DNA of 64,000 nt, taken from NCBI GenBank assembly GCA_963736005.1, contig CAVTNB010000001.1, forward strand, positions 480,001 to 544,000. The letters are read 5' to 3'. Shown piece after piece: positions 43,953 to 53,654 of this stretch. Each line of letters begins with the position of its first letter. Position 1 is the stretch's first letter. The stretch comes from an uncultured Pseudomonadota bacterium (lineage in GTDB: Bacteria > Vulcanimicrobiota > Vulcanimicrobiia > Eremiobacterales > Eremiobacteraceae). Made by a program: the position numbers and the translations under genes. The notes beneath the pieces were generated by a model. It ran no database searches. It was given only the letters and a program-made list of their open reading frames with translations, and had not been told where the DNA came from.

Positions 43953-44749
43953 GATCCTAACGTATACTCTTCGCGATCCAGATACACACCGCTGCACGGC
44001 TGCTCGTGGCACAGCGCCGGACGAAATTTCGACTTGCGAATGCTCAAGACTTCGGCCGCATCGATGTCGACATTGCCGGACGACACGATGACCGAGACGC
44101 CGGTCACTGCGCCAGTCGCCGCAATTTCTGCGCGCACGACCACCACCCCGGACGCTCGCTGTTCCACCGCGCGACGCGGATAGTCTACCGGGTATTGCTG
44201 GAGCAGGCGCGGCGCATGAAACGCTCCGAATGGCTGTGGCGTTCCCACGTAGCCCGCGCGAGCGGCCGCATCGGAGTCGAGAGCCAAAATCTTACGGACA
44301 GCATGGTTCATAAGCTCGAGCACGACGTAGTCGTCACCCACCCGCCACACGCTCGCCACGCCGCCAGGTTCGCGCACGTTCGACGCGCCTGACTTTTGCA
44401 TGGCAGCTTCCGCGCTGGATGCTGACATCTCAAGGTATGGATAAGCGCTCGGCTGAACGAGCGGCGCGGCTTTGTTCCCCAGTGCTTCCGGTCTCGCGAC
44501 CAAGATCTGCCTGGTAGCGAGCGTGTCGTCGGTCAACAAGTCGACGTCGAGCCCACCGGCGCCGAACCAACGCCATTCCTGCCCTTCATCGGTGCTTTCG
44601 ACCAGCCCAGGGGGACCAAGCGCTGCGACGACCGATCCAATCGGCTCTCCGACAGTGACGCCGCCCAGCGTGACAGGCGCCGTTGCCGCGGCAATGGTTG
44701 CAAGAGCGAAAGCGGCGCTGGCGGCGCGCGCAATCCTTGGCAGGTTCAA
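43949..44749 (-). CDS. Exported protein with C-terminal TonB_C domain
   Basis: Signal peptide; YPRRA...GVVVVRAEI..TG.V...SSGN..ID.A...FRPA; TTG overlaps the upstream TGA. Confidence 0.7.
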   Translation of the reverse strand: MNLPRIARAASAAFALATIAAATAPVTLGGVTVGEPIGSVVAALGPPGLVESTDEGQEWRWFGAGGLDVDLLTDDTLATRQILVARPEALGNKAAPLVQPSAYPYLEMSASSAEAAMQKSGASNVREPGGVASVWRVGDDYVVLELMNHAVRKILALDSDAAARAGYVGTPQPFGAFHAPRLLQQYPVDYPRRAVEQRASGVVVVRAEIAATGAVTGVSVIVSSGNVDIDAAEVLSIRKSKFRPALCHEQPCSGVYLDREEYTLGS

Positions 44750-46920
44750 TTTTGTGATGTTCCCTTTTCTCCCGTCGTCTCGAGCGCCGCAAGAAGATCT
44801 TGATCCTTCGCCCATCTCGGGGGCGCGCCAAAGCCTGTGGCGGTTGCGCTCGTGCGGGCGCGGCTCAGACCGTAGGCGAGAGCGCGCTGCTCTTCATCTA
44901 TATATAGCGATTTTGCGCCGAAACGCGCATAGTACCATGCAAACTTCGCTGTTTGGGCCGCCCCGCGAGCCACATTCTCTCGGACGATCAGACCATAGGT
45001 GCGGGAAAATGCCATGGCGTGCGAGGTGTAGATGCGAGGAAAGCGTTCGTGCGCGACGCCGCTGACAAAGACGTGCTCGAAGCGAAGTCCCTTTATCGCG
45101 ACGATGGTGTCCGCCCTGATGGCTCCTTTCACTTGTCGCGCAGGTCGCAACCGAACGCTTTCACGCGCGAGTATCTTTTCGATCTCGTCAAATGTGGCAA
45201 CGCTGTGTGCGGCCACGACCTGCGCGACTGCGGACGCGATTCGTTCGAAATCGTCAGCCAGGCGGGCTCGTTCGTGCGCGGGCGCGGCATGCCAACGATC
45301 GCGAAAGCCGGCCGCATCAGCTAAGTACATCAAACGCACTGTCGCTGACATCCCTGCACACGCCAGGCGCCACTGCTCGAGATCATCGCGCAGCGAGCGC
45401 ACAGCTTGTCGCGCCGGCTCGGAGAGACGCTCATCGGCAAGACCGTCCAGCATGTTGCGGGCGAGCGTGCCCCGCGGAGGACTCGAAGTTGTCGACTCAG
45501 GTGTGGACGCGCCAACGTCGAGGGAGAGCTGCGCCTGTTCGGCCCCCTCGTGGCACAGCGTGCGCAGGCTCGCGTCCGAAAGCCCGGTGATGGGCGACGA
45601 CAGAACTCGCAGCAAGTGAACTTCGTCGAATGGGTCGTCGACGAGCGCTGCCAGCGCGAATAAGTCGGCGATCTCCTTCGGCCGCTGAAGCATTGACGAC
45701 GGCATGAGGATGGGCAAACCGGCCGCTTCGAGTTGGCGCGCATAGAGCAGCGTGGCTTGCGCATTGCGACTGACGACTGCAATCTCTTCAGGCGGGCACC
45801 CTTGACCGATCAGTTCCGCCAACGCCTGCGCAATCCAGGCCGACTCTTGCGCTTCGCTCTCGAAACGCCGCACCTGGACGGACGTGACGGCGGCACTCGG
45901 CGGTAGTTCGATGCGTTCTGTTTCCCCGAGGCCGAAGAGAACCGAGCGGCGCCCTTCGAATCCGTCGACGCGTGCGCCCTCCCATCCCGCAAGCAAAACG
46001 GGAAAAGGTTTGCGGCGGCGCAGCAACCCAACGAGGGCGCCCAACGCGGGTTCGCTGTCTTCTGCGTCGTCGATGACGAGGACGTCAATCGACCCAGCGA
46101 GGCGATCGCACGCCGTTTCATCTTTTGCCAGCCAGCGCGCGGCCGCGCCGATGAGATCTTCTGGCGCGCGAAACGCAAAGCTGGAGGCAGCCCGCTGGTA
46201 TTCCCGATAGAGCTGGGCGAGAATGATCGCGACATCGCGCTCGGCCTTTCGCTGGATGGTCAAACTGGGCCCCGAAGCGCGCAACGCCGCGCGGCCCCGT
46301 TGGCTCGCGACGCGCCGCACGCCTTGCTCCGCAAGCAAGACCAGCGCGCGTTCTGTTTGCTCGCCGTAAAACGCTGCGAGACCGCGCGCGCAGCCTTCTT
46401 CAAATTCCTCCGGAGTGATGCGCGAGCGCGCAAGCAGCGCGAACAGAGATGCCGCCTCATCCAGGAGCGTTTCTGGCTTGCTGAAGTAGGGCAGATCCAA
46501 GTTGATGTCGCTGCGGGCGAACATTGGCCACGTCATGTCGAGCAAGCCGGCCGCCGCGCGGGCAACGATCGCACGCGTGGCTCCTGGTCCACCGACCCAC
46601 AGCACGGGGGTGGTGGCAGCGCTTTGGTATTCGCCTCTCATCCACGCGGCAACATGCTCGGGGAGCGTGGCGATGTTAAAATTCGTCGGGTCTTGGTCGA
46701 GCCTGCGAAGCGCGTCGGCAAAGGCCATGCAACCGGACTCATGAGAGGCGATAACAAGCGCAGTCAGCCTACGATCGCGGCAAGCCGTCGCGTAGGTGGC
46801 CAATGCGGTCGTCTTGCCGCAGCCCGGCGGACCGGTGATCGCGCGAACGTCGCCCGTTCCGAAAGCGCGCTCAAGAACAACGCTGAGCGCTACGCTCGAC
46901 TCTGCTCCACTAACGGGCAA
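44746..46920 (-). CDS. Degenerate UvrD/AddA/AdnA-like SF1 helicase-fold protein without a nuclease domain
   Basis: Walker A GPPGCGKTT, altered Walker B VIDDAED, EIAVVSRN, IKGLRFEHVFV, EEQRALAYGLSRAR. Confidence 0.75.
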   Translation of the reverse strand: MPVSGAESSVALSVVLERAFGTGDVRAITGPPGCGKTTALATYATACRDRRLTALVIASHESGCMAFADALRRLDQDPTNFNIATLPEHVAAWMRGEYQSAATTPVLWVGGPGATRAIVARAAAGLLDMTWPMFARSDINLDLPYFSKPETLLDEAASLFALLARSRITPEEFEEGCARGLAAFYGEQTERALVLLAEQGVRRVASQRGRAALRASGPSLTIQRKAERDVAIILAQLYREYQRAASSFAFRAPEDLIGAAARWLAKDETACDRLAGSIDVLVIDDAEDSEPALGALVGLLRRRKPFPVLLAGWEGARVDGFEGRRSVLFGLGETERIELPPSAAVTSVQVRRFESEAQESAWIAQALAELIGQGCPPEEIAVVSRNAQATLLYARQLEAAGLPILMPSSMLQRPKEIADLFALAALVDDPFDEVHLLRVLSSPITGLSDASLRTLCHEGAEQAQLSLDVGASTPESTTSSPPRGTLARNMLDGLADERLSEPARQAVRSLRDDLEQWRLACAGMSATVRLMYLADAAGFRDRWHAAPAHERARLADDFERIASAVAQVVAAHSVATFDEIEKILARESVRLRPARQVKGAIRADTIVAIKGLRFEHVFVSGVAHERFPRIYTSHAMAFSRTYGLIVRENVARGAAQTAKFAWYYARFGAKSLYIDEEQRALAYGLSRARTSATATGFGAPPRWAKDQDLLAALETTGEKGTSQN

Positions 46921-48994
46921 AGGCGCGTTCTCCTTCGATCGGACGCTCGCGACACGCGGTCGCGTAGGCACAGAAATGGCACGGCGGATCTTCACCCGCC
47001 GCAAAGTGCTCGACGCCTTCGTTCGCTAACAGGTCGCAGTGCGCGAGCAGCGCCGCAAGCGAGGCGTCCAAGTCGTGGCGCGAACAGGCCGCGCGCAACA
47101 CGCCGTCCATTGGCGGGGACTCAGTTGCCGCTTCGCCGTCTGGCAACAGGTCCAGCGCAAGAATCCACACGTCATCTCGGGGATCGCGAATAGAAACGAG
47201 GGCGATTCGAGCTATGTCATCGCCTGCCGCACGACGCATCGCATAGTAGAGCGCGAGTTGTGCCTCGTCGCCTCGACGAACCTTCTCGAGATAAGCGCGT
47301 GGGTCAGAATCGATGCGACCGGTTTTGTAATCGTAGATGGTCACCGGGCCGCCCCCAAGTGGCTTGTCGATGCGATCGATGTAACCGACAAAATCATACC
47401 CGCCAAGTCGCCGCCGCTCGAAGAGCTCGACGCCTGAGATCTCCACCGGCGACCGCGCCGACTCGGCCACGAGCCAGCGCACGTATTGCTCCGCCATCCG
47501 GCGCGCGCGCCAGCGTGAGGATTCATACTCGAGTTGCGTCGCGAAATCTGGCCGCGCTCTTCCGAAGGCTGCTTCAAGCTCTCGGTGCAAGCGGTCGAGA
47601 ATGTAGGCGGGTTCATGGCGGCTCGGGACGCGAACCTCTCGGTGCAGCGCCTCGAGCGCATCGTGCATGACTCGTCCGTATGTCGCATGCAGCGATCCGG
47701 GATCGTCGAGCACCTCGCATAAATATTCATAGAAAAAGCGTCGCGGGCACTTAACATACGAGTTCAGCCGAGATGCAGAAAAGACCATCTTCGGCGCGCG
47801 GAGTGATTCAGCGGCTTCGAGCTGCGGCCAAGAGCGACGTCGATCCGCGCGCACGCGTTCCGCCAAGTACGCAGCGGCGCCGGCAGCACCCTCTGCCTTG
47901 ACTTGGGCCAAGACGCCGCTCGAGTATGCGCGCGATAGGGCATCCGGTTCGCACCCAAGTGCCTGCGCGAATCGCGTTAATGCCACCGGTGCGCACGGCA
48001 GATCATCGAATACTATCGTGCCGAGCCCCGGCTCGCTGCCTGCATATGGCAGGAGCAGTATGTCTTCGAGCTGCACTGCGAGCATGCTATCGACAAAGGC
48101 GTCTACCCGCGAAGATGCATCCACAACGATCCCTGCGATGCTCCAAATCCGATCGGCTGCCTCCGCGCAGCGCAGCAATTCTTCTTCTTCGGCCTGCAAC
48201 GCTGGCTCACGGGCGAACTCCGCCGCGGTCGCTTGGGCCGCAGCAAGGGCCGGCATGAGAGCGAATGATTCACCTGCATCCCCGCGAGCCGAGTCGATCG
48301 CCCGCAAGGCCGCAACGCCTGCGTCCTTCGCATGCCCGCCGCGCAGCCGCACCAAGGCTGCCGACAGCACCTCGCGGGGCGAGCCCGCAAGTCCGGCGAG
48401 CGCTTGGTGAAGGTTGGCTGCTTCGATACAAAATGGGGGCGCGCACAATAACGCGACGAGCTTTATGGGGTCGCCGCAATACGCGGCACTGAGTATGCGA
48501 ACGCCGGCCTGCGCCGGCAGCGGTCTTCCCGCACCGGAGAGAGCGCCAATGAGAAGCCGCGGCGCGACCGCCGCTGTGAGGCCGTGCTGACGCAAAGCAC
48601 CCAACCCGCCCTCGAGGGTCGCGCATCGCTCGGCATGCGCCCTTGAATCCGCCGGCGGGGGCGCTGGCGCCGCCAGCCCCGTCGCTCGCAATTGCAAACG
48701 CGTCGAGTAGGCAACGCGCGCCACGAGACTGGTCGAGCCGTCGACGTCTGCGGCCGCACATGCAAGCATGGCCTCGGAAACGCCCGCGAGGTCGACTGCG
48801 CAAGTGAGCTTGCACAGGTCGTCACAAAAAATCGCGCGGTGCGCAGGGGACCATTGCGAGACGGATGCATCCACCCCCGCGGCGTGCATGACCGATCGTG
48901 CAATGGCAGTGCGGCGCGCCACGGAAAATCGTCGGGTTAGGCTTTGGTCGGCGCGCTTCATGTGGCTATGGTTTCGCTTTTTGTCGGCCGGCAA
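46910..48994 (-). CDS. RecB/AddB-type PD-(D/E)XK nuclease with 4-Cys Fe-S signature
   Basis: FSASRL..YVKCP, G..MH, GYIDRID, IYDYKTG, QLALY, CHFCAYATAC. Confidence 0.85.
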   Translation of the reverse strand: MPADKKRNHSHMKRADQSLTRRFSVARRTAIARSVMHAAGVDASVSQWSPAHRAIFCDDLCKLTCAVDLAGVSEAMLACAAADVDGSTSLVARVAYSTRLQLRATGLAAPAPPPADSRAHAERCATLEGGLGALRQHGLTAAVAPRLLIGALSGAGRPLPAQAGVRILSAAYCGDPIKLVALLCAPPFCIEAANLHQALAGLAGSPREVLSAALVRLRGGHAKDAGVAALRAIDSARGDAGESFALMPALAAAQATAAEFAREPALQAEEEELLRCAEAADRIWSIAGIVVDASSRVDAFVDSMLAVQLEDILLLPYAGSEPGLGTIVFDDLPCAPVALTRFAQALGCEPDALSRAYSSGVLAQVKAEGAAGAAAYLAERVRADRRRSWPQLEAAESLRAPKMVFSASRLNSYVKCPRRFFYEYLCEVLDDPGSLHATYGRVMHDALEALHREVRVPSRHEPAYILDRLHRELEAAFGRARPDFATQLEYESSRWRARRMAEQYVRWLVAESARSPVEISGVELFERRRLGGYDFVGYIDRIDKPLGGGPVTIYDYKTGRIDSDPRAYLEKVRRGDEAQLALYYAMRRAAGDDIARIALVSIRDPRDDVWILALDLLPDGEAATESPPMDGVLRAACSRHDLDASLAALLAHCDLLANEGVEHFAAGEDPPCHFCAYATACRERPIEGERAFAR

Positions 48995-49009
48995 CCCGGT
49001 GTTTCGAAC

Positions 49010-50239
49010 TTATTCCTTTTTCGAGGCCTCCGCGATGAGCCGCTCGAGGCTCGCTTCAACGCGCTCGATCATAAGGGTGAGCAAGATGGACATATCTCCG
49101 CCATCGGCTTGTCGCAAACCGTCATAATACTGCTTGCCGTCTATCAGACGAACGATAGCTGGCGGATAGTTTGCCCAACAGAGAATTAAGTTGGACACCA
49201 GCCGGCCAACCCGGCCGTTGCCATCGAGAAACGGCGAAATGCTCAATATCTTCGCCTGCGCCGCGGTCGCTTTTGCCACGGGATCGGCGGGCGACTCCTC
49301 GAGCCACTCGGTAAACTCGCGCAACAAGGCTGGCACGAGGACACTTTCCGGCGGCAAATAGTCTCGCCCAACCAGGCGTGTGTCGATGCGCCGATAGATG
49401 CCCGCATTTTCGTCGTCAATCGATGCGAAGAGCAGGGCGTGCAATTCGCGGATGCCATGTTCGGTGAGCGGCGCGCCGGAGAGCGCAAGCACTTCTGCCC
49501 GGTCCAACGCGCGATGCAAGTTGACCGCTTCCAGGTGCTCGCGCAACGTGAGTCCCCCAACGGTCGTTCCGCGTGAGAGCACCTCTTCTGTTTGCTCGCG
49601 GTTGAGCCCGTTGCCCCGAACCGCATTGGAATGGTAGATCTCGTCGATGCGCAGCTCGAACCGACACGAAGCCCGCGCCTGCGCCTCGCGCGGGTTTGCG
49701 GCAAACACCAAGGCACGCTCGTGCAGCTGACGGAGACGGTCATCGAGGCCGGCATCGAAGCGCAATCCCGTCGCGTCTTCAGAAGGCCGCTCCGGCCGAT
49801 CGAGTCCAAAGCGTGAGAGGTCTATTCCGTGCTCGCGGAGCCACTCGAGGGCGATTGCCTCAAGTCGGCGCTGACGATAGGCAAGCCAGGAGCGTCGCGC
49901 TCGTGGATACGCTCGCAGAGCTTGAAGGAAGCGAGCGGAAGCCGTGGGGCCTGTCGAGGCTTCACGCAGTTTATCTTCCAGCGCGCCGTCGGCGAGCGTG
50001 GAAATAAAATCAGCAACGATCTCGTGGGCCTCGGCATGGGAAAGCGGTCGGATAAGAATAGCGCTTGTGCGCGCGGACACGTTCGCGACGCTGGGATCGT
50101 CGGATGCATAGGGCTCGACCTTGCCTGAACTGGCCATAAAAAAATAGCGGAACTGCCCGCTTCGGTCGTCCAGGGCATCGGTGAGCTCTTCAAGTATGAG
50201 GTTGCGCACGATTTGGACGTGATGGCCGTTCTCCGCCAA
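49010..50239 (-). CDS. UPF0158-like N-terminal domain fused to a Fic domain with altered catalytic motif
   Basis: N-terminal LEELTDAL...ADFI...RF...SW..YR.RRL..IA.EWL.EHGI; Fic-like YHSNAVRGN, IRELHALL, AGIYR, SPFLDGNGRVGR. Confidence 0.8.
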   Translation of the reverse strand: MAENGHHVQIVRNLILEELTDALDDRSGQFRYFFMASSGKVEPYASDDPSVANVSARTSAILIRPLSHAEAHEIVADFISTLADGALEDKLREASTGPTASARFLQALRAYPRARRSWLAYRQRRLEAIALEWLREHGIDLSRFGLDRPERPSEDATGLRFDAGLDDRLRQLHERALVFAANPREAQARASCRFELRIDEIYHSNAVRGNGLNREQTEEVLSRGTTVGGLTLREHLEAVNLHRALDRAEVLALSGAPLTEHGIRELHALLFASIDDENAGIYRRIDTRLVGRDYLPPESVLVPALLREFTEWLEESPADPVAKATAAQAKILSISPFLDGNGRVGRLVSNLILCWANYPPAIVRLIDGKQYYDGLRQADGGDMSILLTLMIERVEASLERLIAEASKKE

Positions 50240-50557
50240 ACAGGCGACGCCTGGTCCATGGCCTAAACTGAAGAGGCGGCTGGAAGCCTGGCCCGCGCGA
50301 CGGCTGAATGGAAAATCGCCTTCGTCAAAGGCCCTCGGACCGTTCGTGGCCTAAGTCATATTCTTCTGTACCGATAAGGTCCGGCGGCTGGCAACCCGAT
50401 ATTCTATACGTTGGCAAGCTTCGGGACCAAGCACGAGAGCCCGGGGTATCTGTCACACACCCTGCAGAGCGCCTTTTTGGGTGAGACAAGGTTGATGTTC
50501 GGACTCCCACTCGCTGTAACAATCCTCGGTGCCATAAGGTCGTATCACTTAGAGCCG

Positions 50558-51106
50558 GTGTCGAATAATCTCGACGTCGAGCTCATGACCAAGGTGGCCA
50601 ACGGGGACGGCGAAGCCTTTGCGGAGTTAGTCAAACGATACACCCGAATGCTCTACAACGTAGCGTATCGCTACAACGCATCATCGGCCGAGGATTTGGT
50701 CCAGGAGACCTTCCTGCGGGCCTATCAGCATGCCCGGACGTTTTCGGGTCGCAGCAAAGTATCCTCATGGCTGTATCGGATTTGCGTGAACGTTTGTCTG
50801 ACACATCAGACGCGCGCCGGCAGTCCAACAATGGACATCGACGACGTCAACGAAGCCGAATTGCTCGTCCGCGAAGACGAGCGACCCGAAGTCATGGCGC
50901 AACGGGGCGAGACCTTCAGGGCACTGGAGGACGGCCTGCGGGCGCTGCCAAGCCAGCAACGCATGGTGTTCATTTTGAGAGAGTTACAGGGGCTGTCGTA
51001 CGGAGAAATTTCGGACGTTTTAGGTATGAACGAACAAGCTGCGCGAACCAACCTGTGCCGCGCCAAGCGTCGGCTGCAGCTCTGGCTCGATCCGCTTTTG
51101 GTTTGA
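50558..51106 (+). CDS. ECF sigma factor
   Basis: AEDLVQETFLRA, SWLYRICVN, LPSQQRMVFILRELQGLSYGEI. Confidence 0.9.
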   Translation: MSNNLDVELMTKVANGDGEAFAELVKRYTRMLYNVAYRYNASSAEDLVQETFLRAYQHARTFSGRSKVSSWLYRICVNVCLTHQTRAGSPTMDIDDVNEAELLVREDERPEVMAQRGETFRALEDGLRALPSQQRMVFILRELQGLSYGEISDVLGMNEQAARTNLCRAKRRLQLWLDPLLV

Positions 51107-51122
51107 GGACGGGACGCTGAAA

Positions 51123-52034
51123 ATGGAATGCTCTGAAGCGCTCGATCTTCTCTACGAATCGTTTGATGCCCAAATCACCCCGGCGCAAGCGGCGCTGCTC
51201 AATGGGCATCGTCGAACGTGTTTTGCGTGCGCCGGCACGTTAGCAAAAGCTCAGCGCTTCCAAGATCTCATTCGGCGCGTACCACAGCTCACGGTGCCGC
51301 GTGGCCTCGAGGCGCGTGTCATCGAGCGCGTACTGCATAAATCGGCGAGTTCATTCTCGCAGCAGATGAAGGTTATTCGGCCTGCGTTCTCTTGGCGCAC
51401 TGCTTTGCGCCCAGCACTTGCATCCGGTGGCGTTCTCGCCGCTGCCCTGGCCGTGTTCTTCATTGCGCACTCGATGCTCAGCAACACCTTCCACCGGCCG
51501 ACGGACCAAACTGTCGTGGCCACCGTGCAAGGCAGCTTACAAGATGTAGCGCCAAACAACCAAACGAGCGAGATCGACAGTACGGACACGCCCTTGTCCA
51601 CCGGCGAAGTGCTTCGCCCGATTGGCGCGCTGCCGGCCATCGTTTCGATTACTCCCCATCTCGCGTTGATCATGTCGAGCGGGTCGGAAGTGCAGGTCGG
51701 CAAGCTCCACTACGATCAGAGCTCCGGCCTTGCTGACGTCATCTTTTTGAAACTGCGCCGCGGCACGCTACGAGTAAACGAGATTCTTCACCGTGACGTA
51801 TCGCCAGTGCAGGTCGCTACCAGACAAGCCACGTTTGTTCCAACGGGAACGACCTTCTCGGTCGATGCAAAGACAGACGCGACGGACCTGGCCGTCACCG
51901 CCGGCAGCGTTGCGGTGCACATGCCGGGGCGTGTCTTCAGCGTCATCGCGGGTCACGGCGTGCACATCACGGCAACAGACGTCGTACGCAACGTGCTGCT
52001 CGGCAAACACCCGAAGGTCAACCCGCTACCATAG
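51123..52034 (+). CDS. Anti-sigma factor (zf-HC2, TM helix, FecR-like periplasmic domain)
   Basis: MECSEA...HRRTCFAC zinc motif, one TM helix, LRRG...GTTFSV...V.AGSV.V. Confidence 0.8.
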   Translation: MECSEALDLLYESFDAQITPAQAALLNGHRRTCFACAGTLAKAQRFQDLIRRVPQLTVPRGLEARVIERVLHKSASSFSQQMKVIRPAFSWRTALRPALASGGVLAAALAVFFIAHSMLSNTFHRPTDQTVVATVQGSLQDVAPNNQTSEIDSTDTPLSTGEVLRPIGALPAIVSITPHLALIMSSGSEVQVGKLHYDQSSGLADVIFLKLRRGTLRVNEILHRDVSPVQVATRQATFVPTGTTFSVDAKTDATDLAVTAGSVAVHMPGRVFSVIAGHGVHITATDVVRNVLLGKHPKVNPLP

Positions 52035-52047
52035 TCCCAAGACGCCG

Positions 52048-53637
52048 TTAATATCCCGCGGCGGCACCGTCGCTTCGCGGATCCCACCCACCGCTCAAGA
52101 CTCCACTTGATCTGTCGATGAGAATCGCGCCGGCGTGACCCATCGATTCTTCCCACTCACCCAGGATGACCACGTCATGACCGCGAGCGCGCAAGCCTGC
52201 AATGCACGCGTCCTCCAAACGAGACTCAACATGCAGGCGCGCCCGCTCGCATTGATCTGCCCTGGCCCAGCGCCAGCGCGGGCGTTCGATTGCCGCCTGC
52301 GGATTCATGCCCAGGGCGATCGTCGTCGAGAGCTGTAGAGCTATTTGGGGCTGGGCGTCGCCCCCCATCGACCCATACACAAGATGCGGTTTGCCATCGC
52401 GCAAGAGCATGCACGGCATGAGCGTGTGAAAGGGCCGCTTCCCGGGCGCAAGCGAGCGAAGTCTGCCCTCGGAAAGCTCAAACGACGTACCGCGATTTTG
52501 CAAGGTGACGCCCAGCTCTGGCATGACGACACCCGCGCCGAAGCCATGAAAGAGCGACTGAATGAATGAGGCCGCATTGCCGGCGCTATCGACGCAGGCG
52601 AAATATGCTGTATCTCCTCTATCAATGTTCTGCTCGACTTGCGGTCGCGCCATGTAGGGATCGATACGCGCAGCGTGCGCGAGCGCCCGCTCAGGTTGTA
52701 ACATCGCCCTCCATTCGTCGCCGGCGTTTGGGTCGGTCACGACTCCATCTCGATCCTCAATCGCCAGTCGGACGCTTTCGACAGCGCCGTGGACCTGCGC
52801 CGCGCTACCTACTTCGAGCGCTTTGCTATTCGCATAGGCTTCGTACGTTTGCTGCGCGATGAGCAAGGTGAGACCTTGCGAGTTGGGGGGAACGGTGAGA
52901 GACTCAAAGCCGTAAAAATTTCCGGCAACGGGCTCGCAGAATGTTCCGCGGTGTTCGGCAAAGTCTCTCGCCCGCAGTGGACTGCCGATCGCTTCGGCGC
53001 GCTGTGCGATGGACCGAGCGCCGTCGCCTTCGTAGAACCACGACCGTCCAAAGGCAGCGATGGAACGCAGCGTGGCGGCAAGTTGCGGATTCCGAAAGAC
53101 GTCGCCGGTTTGGCTCGGTCCATGGCGCAGGAACAATTCCGTTGCTGCCTCGTCAGCTGCAAGCACTTCTCGCAGTCGCTCGATCGCGCTGACGAAGCTG
53201 CCCGCCGCAGGGGCTCCATCGCCGGCATAGGCGATCGCTGGGCCCAAAATACCCTCCATTTCAAGCGAGCCGAAGCGGCCAGCCAGCGCGAACCATGCAT
53301 CAACGGCTCCAGGAACCGTGAGAGCCGCCGCTGGGCCGCGCTCGGGAATGACGTGATGGCCGGCGCTGCGGTAGTAGTCCAGCGTCGCCAGTCGGGCGGC
53401 CGCTCCAGAACCATTGTAACCTGCAACCTCGCCGCTTTTGGCGTCATAGTAAAGGAAGAACGCGTCGCCGCCAATGCCAGTCATGTGCGGATACAGAACG
53501 GCGAGCACTGCGGCCACGCCGATGATGGCGTCGGCGGCGTTGCCACCATCCCGCAGGATCGCGACACCCGCTTGGGTCGCAAGTGCATGGGGTGCGGTGA
53601 CCATAGCCTCGCAGGCGAGTGTACTCGATTGGGTCAC
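52048..53637 (-). CDS. Gamma-glutamyltransferase-family protein
   Basis: GGNAADA, GIGGD, GDT nucleophile Thr, PGKRPFHTL, MGG, DPRSDG. Confidence 0.9.
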   Translation of the reverse strand: MTQSSTLACEAMVTAPHALATQAGVAILRDGGNAADAIIGVAAVLAVLYPHMTGIGGDAFFLYYDAKSGEVAGYNGSGAAARLATLDYYRSAGHHVIPERGPAAALTVPGAVDAWFALAGRFGSLEMEGILGPAIAYAGDGAPAAGSFVSAIERLREVLAADEAATELFLRHGPSQTGDVFRNPQLAATLRSIAAFGRSWFYEGDGARSIAQRAEAIGSPLRARDFAEHRGTFCEPVAGNFYGFESLTVPPNSQGLTLLIAQQTYEAYANSKALEVGSAAQVHGAVESVRLAIEDRDGVVTDPNAGDEWRAMLQPERALAHAARIDPYMARPQVEQNIDRGDTAYFACVDSAGNAASFIQSLFHGFGAGVVMPELGVTLQNRGTSFELSEGRLRSLAPGKRPFHTLMPCMLLRDGKPHLVYGSMGGDAQPQIALQLSTTIALGMNPQAAIERPRWRWARADQCERARLHVESRLEDACIAGLRARGHDVVILGEWEESMGHAGAILIDRSSGVLSGGWDPRSDGAAAGY

Positions 53638-53654
53638 AGAGGATTAGCTCTCAC

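Noticed and set aside
46910..47800. Cas4 or CRISPR adaptation gene
   Set aside because: The 4-Cys RecB-like domain sits at the C-terminus of a ~690-aa protein paired with a UvrD-like gene, and there is no cas1/cas2 or array
50302..50320. Additional family A repeat (ggctgaatggaaaatcgcc)
   Set aside because: Only the half-site TGGAAAATCGCC matches and GTAG is absent; too degenerate to call
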